NCBI GenBank assembly: GCA_003344405.1
Contig: NOWV01000025.1
Location: 186,001 to 250,000, forward strand
From: Trichoplax sp. H2
Lineage: Eukaryota
Length of the DNA stretch: 64,000 nt
Reading direction: 5' to 3'
Shown: positions 14,580 through 27,907 of the stretch, in pieces
Layout: each line of letters starts with the position of its first letter
Position numbering within the stretch: the first letter of the stretch is position 1
Made by a program: the position numbers and the translations under genes
The notes under the pieces: model-generated
The model's database searches: none
The model's input: only the letters and a program-made list of their open reading frames with translations
Told to the model about the DNA's origin: nothing

Positions 14580-14960
14580 ATTCCAAATCAGTAAAAGTTT
14601 AAATGAGTATATCAATTATACAGTACTACCAGTATTTATGTACTGTTTCAGTATGCAATAGTCGAAATCAGCATAACTTACGCGTCTAAACAAGTACATC
14701 AACTATTTTAGCACAGTATAGTTTCAATCTGTATGAATAACTCTAACCCGATCGAAATCTACATAACTTATGAACAAGAATACATTACGATATATAATTC
14801 GAACTCAATTGAAATCAGCATCACTAAGTCACGCGTATGAACAAGTAGATCAACTATTTTAACTTAATATTGTTTCAGTCTGAATTAACAATTGGAACTC
14901 AGTCTAAATCTACATAACTTATGAACAAATCCATTAACTATTTCAATATTGTTTCAGCCT
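14580..14960. repeat. Degenerate short tandem repeat
   Basis: GAAATCAGCATAACTTA/AAATCTACATAACTTATGAACAA and CATCAACTATTTT...GTTTCA recur at ~14664, 14754, 14811 and 14906. Confidence 0.7.
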
Positions 14961-15205
14961 GTGACTTTGACCAACCGTTGCATGACCATTAATAATTTTA
15001 ATTCAATACTCGTACAGCTCAGTATATGGAATAATGAACTAGCAGAAGAGCAAATGATCCATTTTTGGACTACAGTAAATACAATTGAATGGGATATAAA
15101 CATGATCCCTGTTCATCAATTTCGCTAATGAGATAGTCTGCAGCAATGGACTCATTTATTCGATAGTTACAAGCAGTCAAGCCATCAATTTTATTTGAAC
15201 GGTAG

Positions 15206-17765
15206 TTATTCTGATGATGTCTTCTCTTTATGAACAATTATTCCTTTTTCTACCAAGTCCGGAATTTCAACAGCTAACCACGGCCCCAACTGGATCAAAA
15301 CAAAATAGTAATGTTAAAGCGTACTGGCAAAACCAAACACTTGCTTCGATACTACAATCCTTGAAAAACTTACGCCTAGGGCCATTGCGTGAGCAATGCC
15401 AAATTTGGGTACATTTCTTGCCCACAAGGGTTTAAAATGATCCGTTAAACAGATTTTTCCTCCTCTACACAAATTGTATATTGGCAAAGATTACAACATG
15501 AACTACGCAGGCCATGGTATTGAATTATTCATGTGCTGTACAGTTCAAAGTAGTCGTACGGCGTATCCTATATGCTTATTTTTTTCAATGATTCAGTTTT
15601 CATTCTTCCATTTAAACGATAACACTACCATCAAGTATCATTTTTGAATCACCGCTCAACATTTTAACACGCTATCGATAGATCATGGAAGTTTTATAGC
15701 ATTAGGCTTTCATCAATTACCTGTACATCTTTGCTGTTTTTCCATCCAACTCTGGCAGTGCTATCTCTGGCGCTGTTCCCGGGTATGTAACAGGAATCTA
15801 AAAAGAAGAAAAACATCATTATTGTGCTCAGAAGGATAGTAGCGATCATTCTCCTGCAATCAGCAAGGCATTCAAAATTTCTGTACGTTATCTACTGTAT
15901 ACAGGATTAGAATTATTACGTCAACAACTTTTATGCCGTGTCATTGATTGATTGTTGATGCCAAGGTCGACATATCAACGAAGAGTATCTGTCAAAACGC
16001 TAACTCTATTATTGGATACATGAAACACTAATGTAACTTACATCAAACTCAACGTCGAATTCATATTTTAGCAGGTTATGTACATACCAACATTTGCCAA
16101 ACCATCTATATTCATTTCAAATAATTAAGCAATAGTTAGAGATTCATGCACATGATGGATTGATTTTAGAACACTATTGACAGGTCTTGTTTCGAGCTTT
16201 ATAAATTGATATTGCGCTAAAGTCCATGTACGTCTAGTGGGGGTAATATCACTGCAATTTGCAGTAGTATTATACTTGGTATAGTTGCATCCAAGTTGAA
16301 TAAAGACAAGTATTCTTTGACAATGAATCATTGGAATTGCAAAATCTGATTGGCAAGAAAACAGTGCTGACTAGAGAATAAGCAGTCCATACCTTGTGCC
16401 TTCTTTATTGGATTCCAGGCGAAACCAATCGTTATCTTGTTTTTTGTTATTTTCGACATACTATCAATAGTGAAGATCAATTCGTTGGAGTAATAAGCAA
16501 AAGGATCATTTCATTACTAAAGTACGACAAAGTAATTTGGTATCATCGTTGTAGGTCAAGAAATCCGCCATCAGTGCACTCAATAGCTCTACTGGCGTTA
16601 GCCCGATCTACAGTATATTCATAATAGGATAGATTTGATCTCCCTGATGGTAATGTTGATTTGATACCTAGTGTTTTTATAATCATCCCACGTCTCTACT
16701 ACTCTATAATAAACAAATGTAGCAAGTTGCTTTCTATTCATAAGTAATACGAGATTGGATCTACCTAGGTAATAACGACGTTTATTTGTTACCTCTACAG
16801 TTTAAGGATGAAATGCTCGATCAGTAGAATGTATGAAACTGTTGTACATTCATAATAGCAATGGTGATTTTATCTACCCAATAACAACATGGATTGATTT
16901 TGTTGGAAAATAAGCGATTGACTGAATATCATTCGACTTTATATAATGGATGTGCTCATCTATTGCGATACGATTGTGTTGAATTCTTTTGAGCATTTCT
17001 ATTTATCCGTATCATTGTCATTGGGACTTGTAGGTTTGATGATGACACAATCAGTATGGCTACCCGTTTGCAATGTACATGGATTGTAAAGTCTAAGCTA
17101 AAGACGACGTCGGCATTGAAATGTTGTCCAATTCTTTGTGTTCCATCTCCTCGATTCTTTTCACTATCCATCCTAATGTCTATGTTGAACAACTCGGCAC
17201 GTTAAAACACCATTTTCATTGGGGATGGATGGCACTATCAATATTTCGATGCCATGTCCATCGATTGTACATCATCCATGATAGCGATGAAAAGAGAAAG
17301 CGAATGTTGCATCCACATTCAACGAAAGACACAAGAGTGATTCGGTATTGGAATTCGTCCTCATCGCATTTTTTTCCATTCTACGCCACAGACGTGGATC
17401 TTTATTTTTTGGCACTAGGATAGCACTGTCATAGCATTAACATGTTCATTTTGAATTGAATGTTGGCGTATTGCCTGGATTGTCTCTCTTTTTAATCATG
17501 CTATTGGCAGTGATTTCTCTTGTTAACACCAGTCTAGCGTTCAACACTGGTTTATACAAGTGATGATGACGGACAAGCATAGTACTGGAATAAAAGTGGG
17601 AGACTAGGTGATTTCTACCGTAGCCTTTCCATTTGTACATACCTTGATTAAACTGACTAATTCCTCCTTTAATCGTCCAACCCATTGGTCCTTATCCCTA
17701 GGGCCAGCACGCGTTTTTAACAAGGGTATTGCTGCCAAAGTGCGCTTGGTGGCTTCGTCGACCAT
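15206..17765 (-). CDS. UFC1: Ubiquitin-fold modifier-conjugating enzyme 1 (UFM1 E2), 6 exons, 168 aa
   Basis: Exons 17765-17643, 16460-16393, 16105-16042, 15797-15721, 15464-15374 and 15289-15206 splice (GT-AG) to [24 protein letters not shown]...[20 protein letters not shown]...[34 protein letters not shown]...[12 protein letters not shown], with the TAK motif and catalytic Cys. Confidence 0.97.
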
Positions 17766-18571
17766 TTTGACTTGGTATACGAAAGAGAAGAGAGAGAGAG
17801 AGAAGTCAAGGATCTGTCTCGACTGTCTGTCTGTCTGCCTAAGGATGGACGGACTGCTGTACCCGATATCAACTCACTCACTGGTCAGTCACTTTCACCA
17901 CTGTCACCCTACAGTACGTGGTTGACTTTAGAAGTGACTCACTCAATGACGGACCACGAACTACTTCGTGGGGTGACAATCCGTACCGTGCCGTACCCGA
18001 CGAGCAAGGTTTGATTTTGCTTGGATACTACAGAATGTCAATGACGGACTGTATCTTCTCCTCTCTACCTTGTCTCTCTACTTTTACAGTAATATCAATG
18101 TGTAGCAAAGAACAGGACTGTCCAACTACAACTCTACAGTACATAGCAATACACCGTCAAGAAATGAAATCCCCATGACGAAAGCATGGAGGTCAAATTG
18201 TCTCCCTCTATCGACCAACCCAGCCACTTGTTACAGCTGAGTAGAGTATTACTGAAGCAGTCCCTCCCCCGACTGGCCTTGAGTCAAATTCCATGATTCT
18301 AAGGTACTGTATGAGGAACGGACTCTGAGCGACGACAGTATGATACACGATCACGCGTGCGTAGTATCGGCATGACAGCAGCTGCCCAGCCGAGCATGCG
18401 TCGAAAGTACAAGTCAATATCGCTCTACGCTAGGGGCGTATCCCTTGGAAGCTTGCAGCGGTCTCCTTCTCGATCGCGAGATCAACTTGTTCCTCCATCA
18501 TTCATTAATATCATTCATGATTGTCGCTCAATAATCCTATTGCAATCTTCTACAAATCGTCTGTAGTAGCC
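17766..18571. promoter_or_regulatory. Putative bidirectional promoter region, UFC1/FMO
   Basis: 806 bp between divergent ATGs; visibly richer in GC and CpG than the flanks; (GA)n at ~17783-17803 and (CTGT)n at ~17823-17836. Confidence 0.55.
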
Positions 18572-20748
18572 ATGAAGAAAATTCGAGTTGCTGTCATTGG
18601 TGCTGGAGCTGCAGGCTTAGCTGCACTCAGGCAACTATCCAAATATGATGTCTTTCAACCAGTAGCGTATGAAATCGAGCGACAAGTTGGAGGGACGTGG
18701 ATCTATAAGGATTTAGCCGACGATTTCGATCCAACCAACATTAATTTATTGGCTAGTCAATCTACCACATCATCACCACCACCACCCCATTGCCATTCCA
18801 GCATGTATCAAGGATTATAGTAAGTTGTGATTAGTATAGACAAATAGGATCCCATCCTTGAGAAAGGAGACTATCCTATCCGTTGATTCATTCTAAGCAT
18901 ACAGTACTGTCTAGCAGAGAAAGTGTCATCATGACGCTGTAATATCTACATTTGTAGTCTCCTGCTATGACAAGACGTCAACAAGCAACGATACTCTGCT
19001 CCAGGGAGAAACAAAATGACATCCTATCGGCAATACCTATCGGCAATAGCTTGCCGATAGGTATCAATGAATAATTCAAAGTTATTACATCCACTTCATT
19101 CAAAATTATAGTAGCATGGATAGGATAATTATCATCCATGGATTGAAGGAGGATGATCAACAATATACAATACAGTACTGTAGAGTCATGCAAAGCCAAA
19201 GTAGTATACGCCACTCTTCAACTTGAAATTGGAAATTGAAAAACATCCTGACGTTCAAGTTGTCTTTTACTGCCTTCTCTCCACTAAATGACACGCTCTT
19301 CATTCTTGTACTAAAAGTCTATCATTCATGAACTGAAACGTTACTCGTACGATAATTGATTAAGCCAATGACATGCGTTGATGATCAAAATTATCCGACT
19401 AACCAGGCTTTCATTCTACTCTTATAGTACAAATATTCCAAAAGAAATCATGGCGTTTCCTGACTTGCCTTTTCCTCAACAACTACCATCTTATCCTCAC
19501 CACACTGATGTACTAGCTTACTTACGCAATTATGCTCATCAATTTAAGTTATTGCAATATATCCAATTTGGAACAATGGTCAATAGTTTATCCCGCCAAC
19601 AAATTGAAGATAAAAGCTCTTGGACGTTAACCTATACTGATTTAGACTCCAAAGAGACAACAACAACACAATTCGATGCTGTCATCGTGTGCAATGGGTA
19701 CGTATATTAGACAATAAACGATACGAGTAATGATTATAATTATAATCAAACTACAGTCCTGTGTATCAACACAAATCCAATAGTCATGGTTCTATCCTTC
19801 AATATATTCAGCCCCATACTGTACAGCTACTAACAATCTTGCACATGTCATGATAACAATCCATTGAATCCTTGCCTTCTTTCTCCAATGGATCAATTTA
19901 GGCATTATTGTAAAACAAGCTATCCTGACATCCCTGATCTGGATCAATTTCCAGGAGCCGTTACTCACAGTCATTACTATCGAGAACCATCCATCTACAA
20001 GGACAAAGTCGTAGTCCTCATGGGTCCTGGCCCATCTGGTACAGATATCGCAATAGAACTGATCGATACAGCTAAAGAAATTTATTTATCTTGTCATAAG
20101 CAACCGGCTGCTAATCTACCCAGTAAAATTGTCGTCAAAAATACAATCACCAAATTACATTCCAATGGATTTGTCCAATTTGAAAAGGATCCACAATTGG
20201 TCAAAGCTGATTGTGTCATCTTTTGCACAGGTTATGGCTATGAATTTCCTTTTTTAACTCCTAGTTGTAATGTGACATTAGAAAATCAACAGCGTAGAAT
20301 TCGCCCCTTATTTATGCATATATTTCATATTGATCATCCTACGTTATCATTTGTTGGTATCTGCGCTAAGATAGTCCCATTTGGACAGTTTTATCTGCAA
20401 GCATCTGTTGTTACATCGGTCTTGCTTAACCAAACTCCTTTGCCATCCATCGATGAGATGGAACGTGATGAGGAAAATGACTACCAAGACCGACTTGCTG
20501 CCGGACTTCAACCTAGACATGCCCATTTCTTGGGTGTCAGACAGTGGGCTTACAATGATCGATTAGCTACTTTCATTAATGTCAAAAATCCAATGTCCAA
20601 AGCTATTGAAAAAACGTATAAATATGCTATGGGCTGGCGTCAAAATAATATTCTAGAATATCGTCACCAGAACTATCGAATAATTGATGAAGATACATTT
20701 GAACATGTTAATGCATGCAAGAATTGCAATCAAACGTCTACCAACTAG
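18572..20748 (+). CDS. Flavin-containing monooxygenase (class B), 3 exons, 454 aa
   Basis: Exons 18572-18819, 19428-19697 and 19902-20748 join in frame. FAD motif VIGAGAAGL, GGTW, SSMYQGLYTNIPKEIMAF, FMO signature FPGAVTHSHYY, NADPH motif GPGPSGTDIA, and IFCTGY. Confidence 0.93.
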
Positions 20749-21704
20749 TTGAACTGTATTGACTATCAGGGATGGCTTGAAAGGATGAATAGATCGATCA
20801 TTGCACTTGCTTGCCTAATTGAGTAAGGCAGCATTTTATCTTGCTCTTCCAATGTATACCATATCAAGACTTTTAAATTGTTGCTATTTTAAACCAATTT
20901 ATGGGAATAACAACCGCCATCGAAAATGATACGCCTGATTGAATATCTACCTGTATTGGCCTATTTTAAAACGATCAATTAAACTTCCAATAGCACATTC
21001 AACATACTGCATTTCACCTAAATATTTATTTATCATTCAATTCAAACTTCAATATATGCGTACATATGATTTCCTTTACGCTAACTACTCGTTTAAGGAT
21101 AACATTTTGCTACAGTTATAAAGTTAGCATGTATCATTAATGCTGCAATGCCAAGTATATTAGCATATTCAATAGAACAAGAGTCATATTTAGAGCAAAT
21201 TCCTTAAATCTTACAAAATATAAAAGGAATTCAGCATTTCTTTACAATTACTGTTGGTTCATATGTAAACATGACATTTTTCTGTTAGTCAAACTTTCTA
21301 TGCTCATTTTTATCTTTGTAAAATAATATAGATACAGCATACTTGCTGAAAGATTAATACAGTTATTCAGTGAGTTGTACTTGAATAAAACGCAACTTGT
21401 ATTCCTATTTCGTTTAATAAAGTCGTCTTTAATGCGAATATTCAATTGCAACTCGACCGATAAGTGTTACTATAGGAACGGTAAGACTTTTTAAGGTGGT
21501 GTCATCACTGCATTATTTCGGGTAATGAATGGCATAGTATAAATATACAATCCTTTCACTTAGACATAGGATACCATAAGTTACTGTAATCTTCTCATGG
21601 TTCAAGTTGATCTTGTTATAACTTGATAAGAGTGATAAATCTTAATAGAATAATACTTAAAAATACAATACCATTGGAAATGTCAATTTTGCAGTAATGT
21701 TTCA

Positions 21705-24700
21705 TCATGAAATCTTTTCCGGTACATGTTTATGTGCAACGTATAGAAATCCTATACTTGATAACGCACTGATCTGTAATGATACGGTAAGAATTAAATG
21801 AATACATTGCCAGTTCAGTTTACTTTGCAAGATACAATTGATATGGTCATGACTTACTAAGAAAATGACGTCAAACCAACGGTGATAAAAGCTAAATTGT
21901 AAGTCACCCAAAACTTTCGTAATAATAAGCCTGTGATGTTAAAATACAAGAGACAAAATCTGTGTTATAGGCTACGCAATTTTATCTTTGCTACTATTTA
22001 TTTTAATAGGTCACCTGTATTTCGCAGGTACATTCATTCTCATTAATACCACAGACGAAACAAAATACATTCCCTAAAATTGCATCAATGATGGATGCAG
22101 AAGCAATACGTTATCAATTTTATGACTACTACATTTATACAATTATAAAACGTTAGATTTAGAGCAAACAGTTCAATCCTACGACATAATTTGTCAAAAA
22201 GACCTTTGTTACAATCTTACCATTATTTCAGCAAGACAGAGAACAATTGCGTTGGATGATTTACTACTTGATATTGCATTAAAGAACTGTTCAACGTAGA
22301 TAAAGAAGAATCAAAAATGATTTAAAGGACGCTCTCTATTTTACTATTGATATCTTGATAGTAAATATTAAGTAGATAAAGCTAATAACTAACCCAATCC
22401 ACTGATAGCATACCTTAGTTAATGTTATCAAAAGTCCTCGAATAGATGTAACAATCATGATACCAACCAGAAAAAACGAAACATGCTGTGACCAAAATTT
22501 CACCTATATTGATGCAGACAGAAAATAGATTCTTTATTTCTTTGCCACAATGCATTTAATTAATCTAAAAAATTATCAGTCTCGTCCACATCTCCTTGCT
22601 TACATCGACGTCAAATCCTAAATAGTTGACTGTGTTGCGTGTTATATATATATATAAAAAGAGCATGTATTATCTTATTTAGTACTAGAATAGATATTCC
22701 AAATGATTACTTGAGTATAGACTAACGTACCTAAAATTTCAAAACCTCGAGTTACAGGATCTATAGACATAGCAAGAAGCTGTATTAGAACTCTCTATTA
22801 TAACTTAAATTAATAATTTTCGCAATTTAGTTCATGGCGTAGGCTATATAAACAATATCTAGGGGTTTATCATTTCTTCGACATTACCTGTCTTTCCAAC
22901 TCTATCAAAAACGATGTTGATTGTGCACTACAAACATATAAAGCAGTTTTCGATTAAAGCCTATAGATTTTTTCCGTAAAAAAGGTATTCTTAAAATCAC
23001 TTACAATAAAAATTTTCCAAATACAATAAAGAGAAAAGAAATAGCCCATCAGGTTAAAATATCGTCCTTTTAGCGTTCGGGAATAAGCTATGCGCGCCTG
23101 TTTACAATGATATTGATATACGCAGCATTTTAAGGCTAGATGTAATTTCTCAATCAGTATACTATATCAAAGATTATAATAAACAAGACTGTCAATTAGC
23201 CAAACCTTGGTAGCGTGCATATCAACGCTTTCAAGGAATAGTTGACGTGAAAGCTCCTCTAGTGCATCCACCTCATTTTTAAGATGGCTAATATCTGTTA
23301 TTAAAATAAGACGTAAGATAAGTCCGATATATTGGCTTTTGCCACTGTTCAATATTGAAACAGTAATATATTGAAGTAAAATGACATTACTTTCACTACC
23401 AGCGCTGCCTCCACTGATCATATTCCAAACAAACTGCATTCGACTTTTCTTTTGCTCTTGAGTGGCAGCAGTCTTACGACTACACCGTTTAAATACAGAG
23501 TGCATTTTAACAAGTTATGAAATTACTTTTTATGTAAACAATATCAGAGGAAACAGAAACTTGATTTCAAATATCTTGACAAGCTGAACTCCTGTCAAAT
23601 CTTTTTACCTTTCATGTTCTGCAAGAGCAATACTGAAAATAAAAGTAGATTGACAGCTTTAATTTACACGAATGAGAAACACCTAATGCACCAACGCCAA
23701 ATTTAATATACCGTTTCTTTTTAGTGAGGATCATATCTATAGTCTGCGTGATTCGTTTTTCCAACGAGTAAATATCGCCATCTGAAATATTCCTATATCA
23801 CAAGTTACAAAGCCAGGAGGAAAGTTAATAAACTGAGGTATCTTACTTCCTTTATTTCATTTAAAGTCTTGACAAAGTATGGAGCTTAATTATTGTCTGT
23901 GACTAGCATTGTTACCTGGTAAAAATAGCCATATAAGTATAGGGACAGTTAACGGCACCAAACCCAGAGAGAATACCAATTATTGTAACTCCAATTACAC
24001 CAACCCTACTAACAAGTTGCTCAATAGAGAGAATACCTAAAGATATTTTATATAAGAATAAAATTTAGATTGTACGATAATTCTACTACTTGATGTGCAC
24101 TATTGGATTCACTTTAAATAGATGATATTAATTTACTATGTCAAATTAGTAGCCATGCCCAGTTGCTAATTGTAATTACAGCGATTTACGGGTAGATATT
24201 TTTCTACCAGAGCAGTTACTAAATAGTATACAAAATTGACTTTGACCTACCGTGCTTTCGGCTTAGTATTGGAAAGGGATCTCCAAGTTTCCAAAAGAAA
24301 TATATAAACACGAACCATGACACGAGAGCAGTGATAAACCGATTACGGTGAAACGGCCCTAGTGAAATAAATTAAAGAAAGGTGTGTAAATAAGTGTTGT
24401 GCAAAGGGTAGGCGTATTCATTATACTGGTTGATACAGTCAGTTAGGACATGAATTACTGACTTGATATTACTATGTAAAAGAAGTTGAATACCAACAAC
24501 TGATCGTAAAAGAAAGCTTCCATTTAGTCTTACGTTCTTCTTTTAATCATTTAAATTAAGTCTATCAGCAACTGTACGAAAGCATTTACAAACAAGATAA
24601 TACAGTATATCAGAATCTATTAATAATTTTAATGTAGTGACATTACCAATTCGCGTATTTCCAACAGCATAATAAGCAATATAAAAGGGCAATATAAGTA

Positions 24701-27700
24701 CAGCCATGCATAACATAGAATAGAGTCCAAGCTTCCAATGAAAAAATCGCGAGCTATAATTTGATAACATTAAATGTACTCGTTCAAATTATGTAGTACG
24801 TTACATATTCATATGCCATTACAAATTCAGGTATTTGTCAATCGTAAGCTGTTACAGATATGGCAACTATCAATTATAGCATTCTTTCATTAAAAACAGC
24901 TATTCTTTGGTATGGTAATGATGACAAAATGGTTAAAGACCACGCAATTATTAGCACTTTAAAAATAACTTAAGGCTTACCCAGGATCAAGAAAGCCCAT
25001 AATTTCGAATATAATTAGCTCGAACATTGTACAAGATAGAGCAAAGGTAACCGAGAATATAAATTGAACCATAACGTGACGAACCTAAGAAAAAACATTT
25101 TTAAATCTTGCGTTACAGTCCGAAACGTGTGAACAGACCTATCATTGGTTGTAGTATTTGAACACAGCAAAGTATATAAGATATTGTAAAAATTAATTTT
25201 ATTTATTACAGCCTTTGTCAATAGGATATGTTTGCTATATAGGCTGATCATAATGAATGGTAATTATATTTTTGTAATACTATTATTAATGTTTGCTTTT
25301 ATAAACGACTTTGTTAATTGGATAGATTGGTCATCGTTTAATTAATAGTGATGAAAGGTAATGATGTTCTGCCATGGCCTCAATATTGATTCATGCAATA
25401 TACGCTGAAATTCCAATCTCACCTCATAGTCTTTAAAGAGTCGTCGCATAAAGAATAACCAGCCAAATCCAAAGAAAAGAATCTAGAAGAAATAAGTTAT
25501 TGGTTTAGCTACCATTTTTTTATTTAATTGATTTTTGGTTAACTGTTGTTAATACTGTATACAGTAAGTATATCTAGCGCATTTCATTGATACAATTACT
25601 CGCACTACGTATATCTAGTACATGGCATTGATATGAATACTCATCATATTCAAACAAATACCCATTCCAAATTAATCATCGTAGTCTATCGAATGATAAA
25701 AGGACGATTAAAACAACATTCTGATATTGACATTAAGCAATTTTGTGTTAATTGTTATCATTGCTCTGTCTACAATATGGATATTGACATTTGTCCATAA
25801 TTCAGGCCTGCAATCGATTAGTTGTAGTACATCGGGATCTAGCATGACGATAAAAAAGCCTTATTTTTGACATTTAGATGTTTATTCATAATGCCGGTTG
25901 CGAATAGATTATTGTGTACATATTAGAGATTTCGATGTGCGATCATAATGAAAGTTGCGAATACATTTGACATCTTAATATCGGCCAGAATACTGATGAT
26001 ATTTCGATATTCGTTTATAATGCTGGTTGTGAATAGATTAGTCATGGTACTGTATGTCAGTATGGTGAATGATAGTTCAGGTCTACTTATTCGAGATTTA
26101 TTAGATGTGCGATTATAATGGCAGTTGCCAATAGATTGATCATCGTACCAGAATACTGAATGACTGTTAAGGTCTACTTTTTGGATACTTAGATATTCGT
26201 TTATCATGCCGGTTACGAATAAATTAGTCGTGGTACGACAAGTCAAAATGCTGAATGACTGTTAAGGTCTACTTTCTGGATATTTAGATATTCGTTTATC
26301 ATGCCGGTGATGAATAAATTAGTTATGGTACGACACGTCAGAATGCCGAATGGCAATCAAGATCTACATTTTTGGCATTTCGATATTCGTTTTGTAACAC
26401 CGGTTGCGAACAAATTAGCCATACTCGATATCAAAATACTGAATGACAATTACTTGCTGTATTTGAGATTCCAATGTTCGTTTATAACGGCGGTTGCGAA
26501 TAGATTAGTCATCATAATGTACGTATAGTAGAATCCTGGATGGCGAATAAGGTCTACAATTTTTGATATTTCGATATTTATTAATAACGCAAATTGAGAA
26601 TAAATTAGATGTAACATATCATAATACAGAGTGACAAGTAATGCATTCGATTGGATATTTACTTTTCTCTATTTTGCGTTAACTGTTGCTGTTATAAAGT
26701 AGATGATCACGCTTGTCAAAACAATCCGAGTTTGGCAGGATTCGTGTTCATGTGCAGTGGTATGGCAGGGATATTCGGTAACAGAATGAAGACCTTGGGC
26801 TTACTGCTCATATTTGGATATATCTACAGCACTCCTAATAGAGTGGTAGGATATCTCATTTTTACCTTGGCTGCAGTTGTTGTCGAGTATTGCGTTGTGT
26901 AGTCAATAGCCTAAGTAAAAGTAGAAACCGTCCAAGGACTCATTTCGGTCTATTTCAGTGCGTACTTTTACTCTCTTTTGAATGATGAAATCTGTTTATG
27001 AAATGGATTCAAGATTGATAGCAAGTATGGTATTATTCCATCTAGAATGGATTTGTTTCCATGCTCTACTTATACTCTATCGCTCTCATCGATGATGGAA
27101 GTCAGATAACTCGAATTAATATTTCTATCGATATTGGAATTGGGTAGCTATCATTCATTACCCAGTCTACACTATTTATAAAGATAAACATAAACTACAT
27201 GATTCCGTCTACAATGGACTATTTACAAGCGAATCAGACGATTGGCAAGATGATGAGAAGCGCATTTGAGTTGATTCATATTATGCTGACTGTTGATATT
27301 GGACGAGCAGAGATGATGGGTTAGAGTAGTGTAGCACTGAGTAGTTTATTATGCGGGATCGATGGATGCGTTGGAATCGAGTCTATCCTATGATTGAAAG
27401 ATGATGAAAGCACTTGAGATTTTAATTTGCAGACCAATGTCAATCTCTTGACTACAATGCATGATGACACTCATCAAGGAGAACAACGTTGTCATTTTAC
27501 CCATGTTTTGGTTTACCACGACGACAAAAGATGACAATTGTGATGGAAGACTAGAGAAGAATATCAAATTAATTCAATCCTTGCAGGAGATCACTGTACT
27601 TTGATATTCTACAGGACTTGCAAGAGCCATTCTATGGTATCAATGATATGCAAAGAAGGATATCGTCCAATTGATGGATGATGGAATCCATCATGCTAGG

Positions 27701-27907
27701 CAGCTATACGATGGATTGCAATGAGAGGGCTATCAGCATCTACCCTTTAAGCTGGGTGTTATTGCAATTGTTACCGATGATTACTCTCGTTCTTATTCTA
27801 ACCAAGTAGGACTAAGTAGAAATACAAGTTGAAACGAATAGAACAGGTTAAATGAACAATCTTACTTGGGATATAAACATGATGACGGAATCGGTGATGA
27901 AAGACAT
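21705..27907 (-). CDS. GPR89: Golgi pH regulator, multi-exon
   Basis: Exon 1 [14 protein letters not shown] (ATG 27907), then [82 protein letters not shown] and [17 protein letters not shown], ending HKHVPEKIS*. Confidence 0.97.
25800..26610. repeat. Degenerate ~96-bp tandem array in GPR89 intron 1
   Basis: GATATTCGTTTATCATGCCGGTTGCGAATAGATTAGTC-like core near 25876, 26006, 26103, 26192, 26288, 26382, 26476 and 26573. Confidence 0.9.

Noticed and set aside
25923..26528. ORFs in GPR89 intron 1
   Set aside because: They derive from the 96-bp tandem array and show no recognisable domain.
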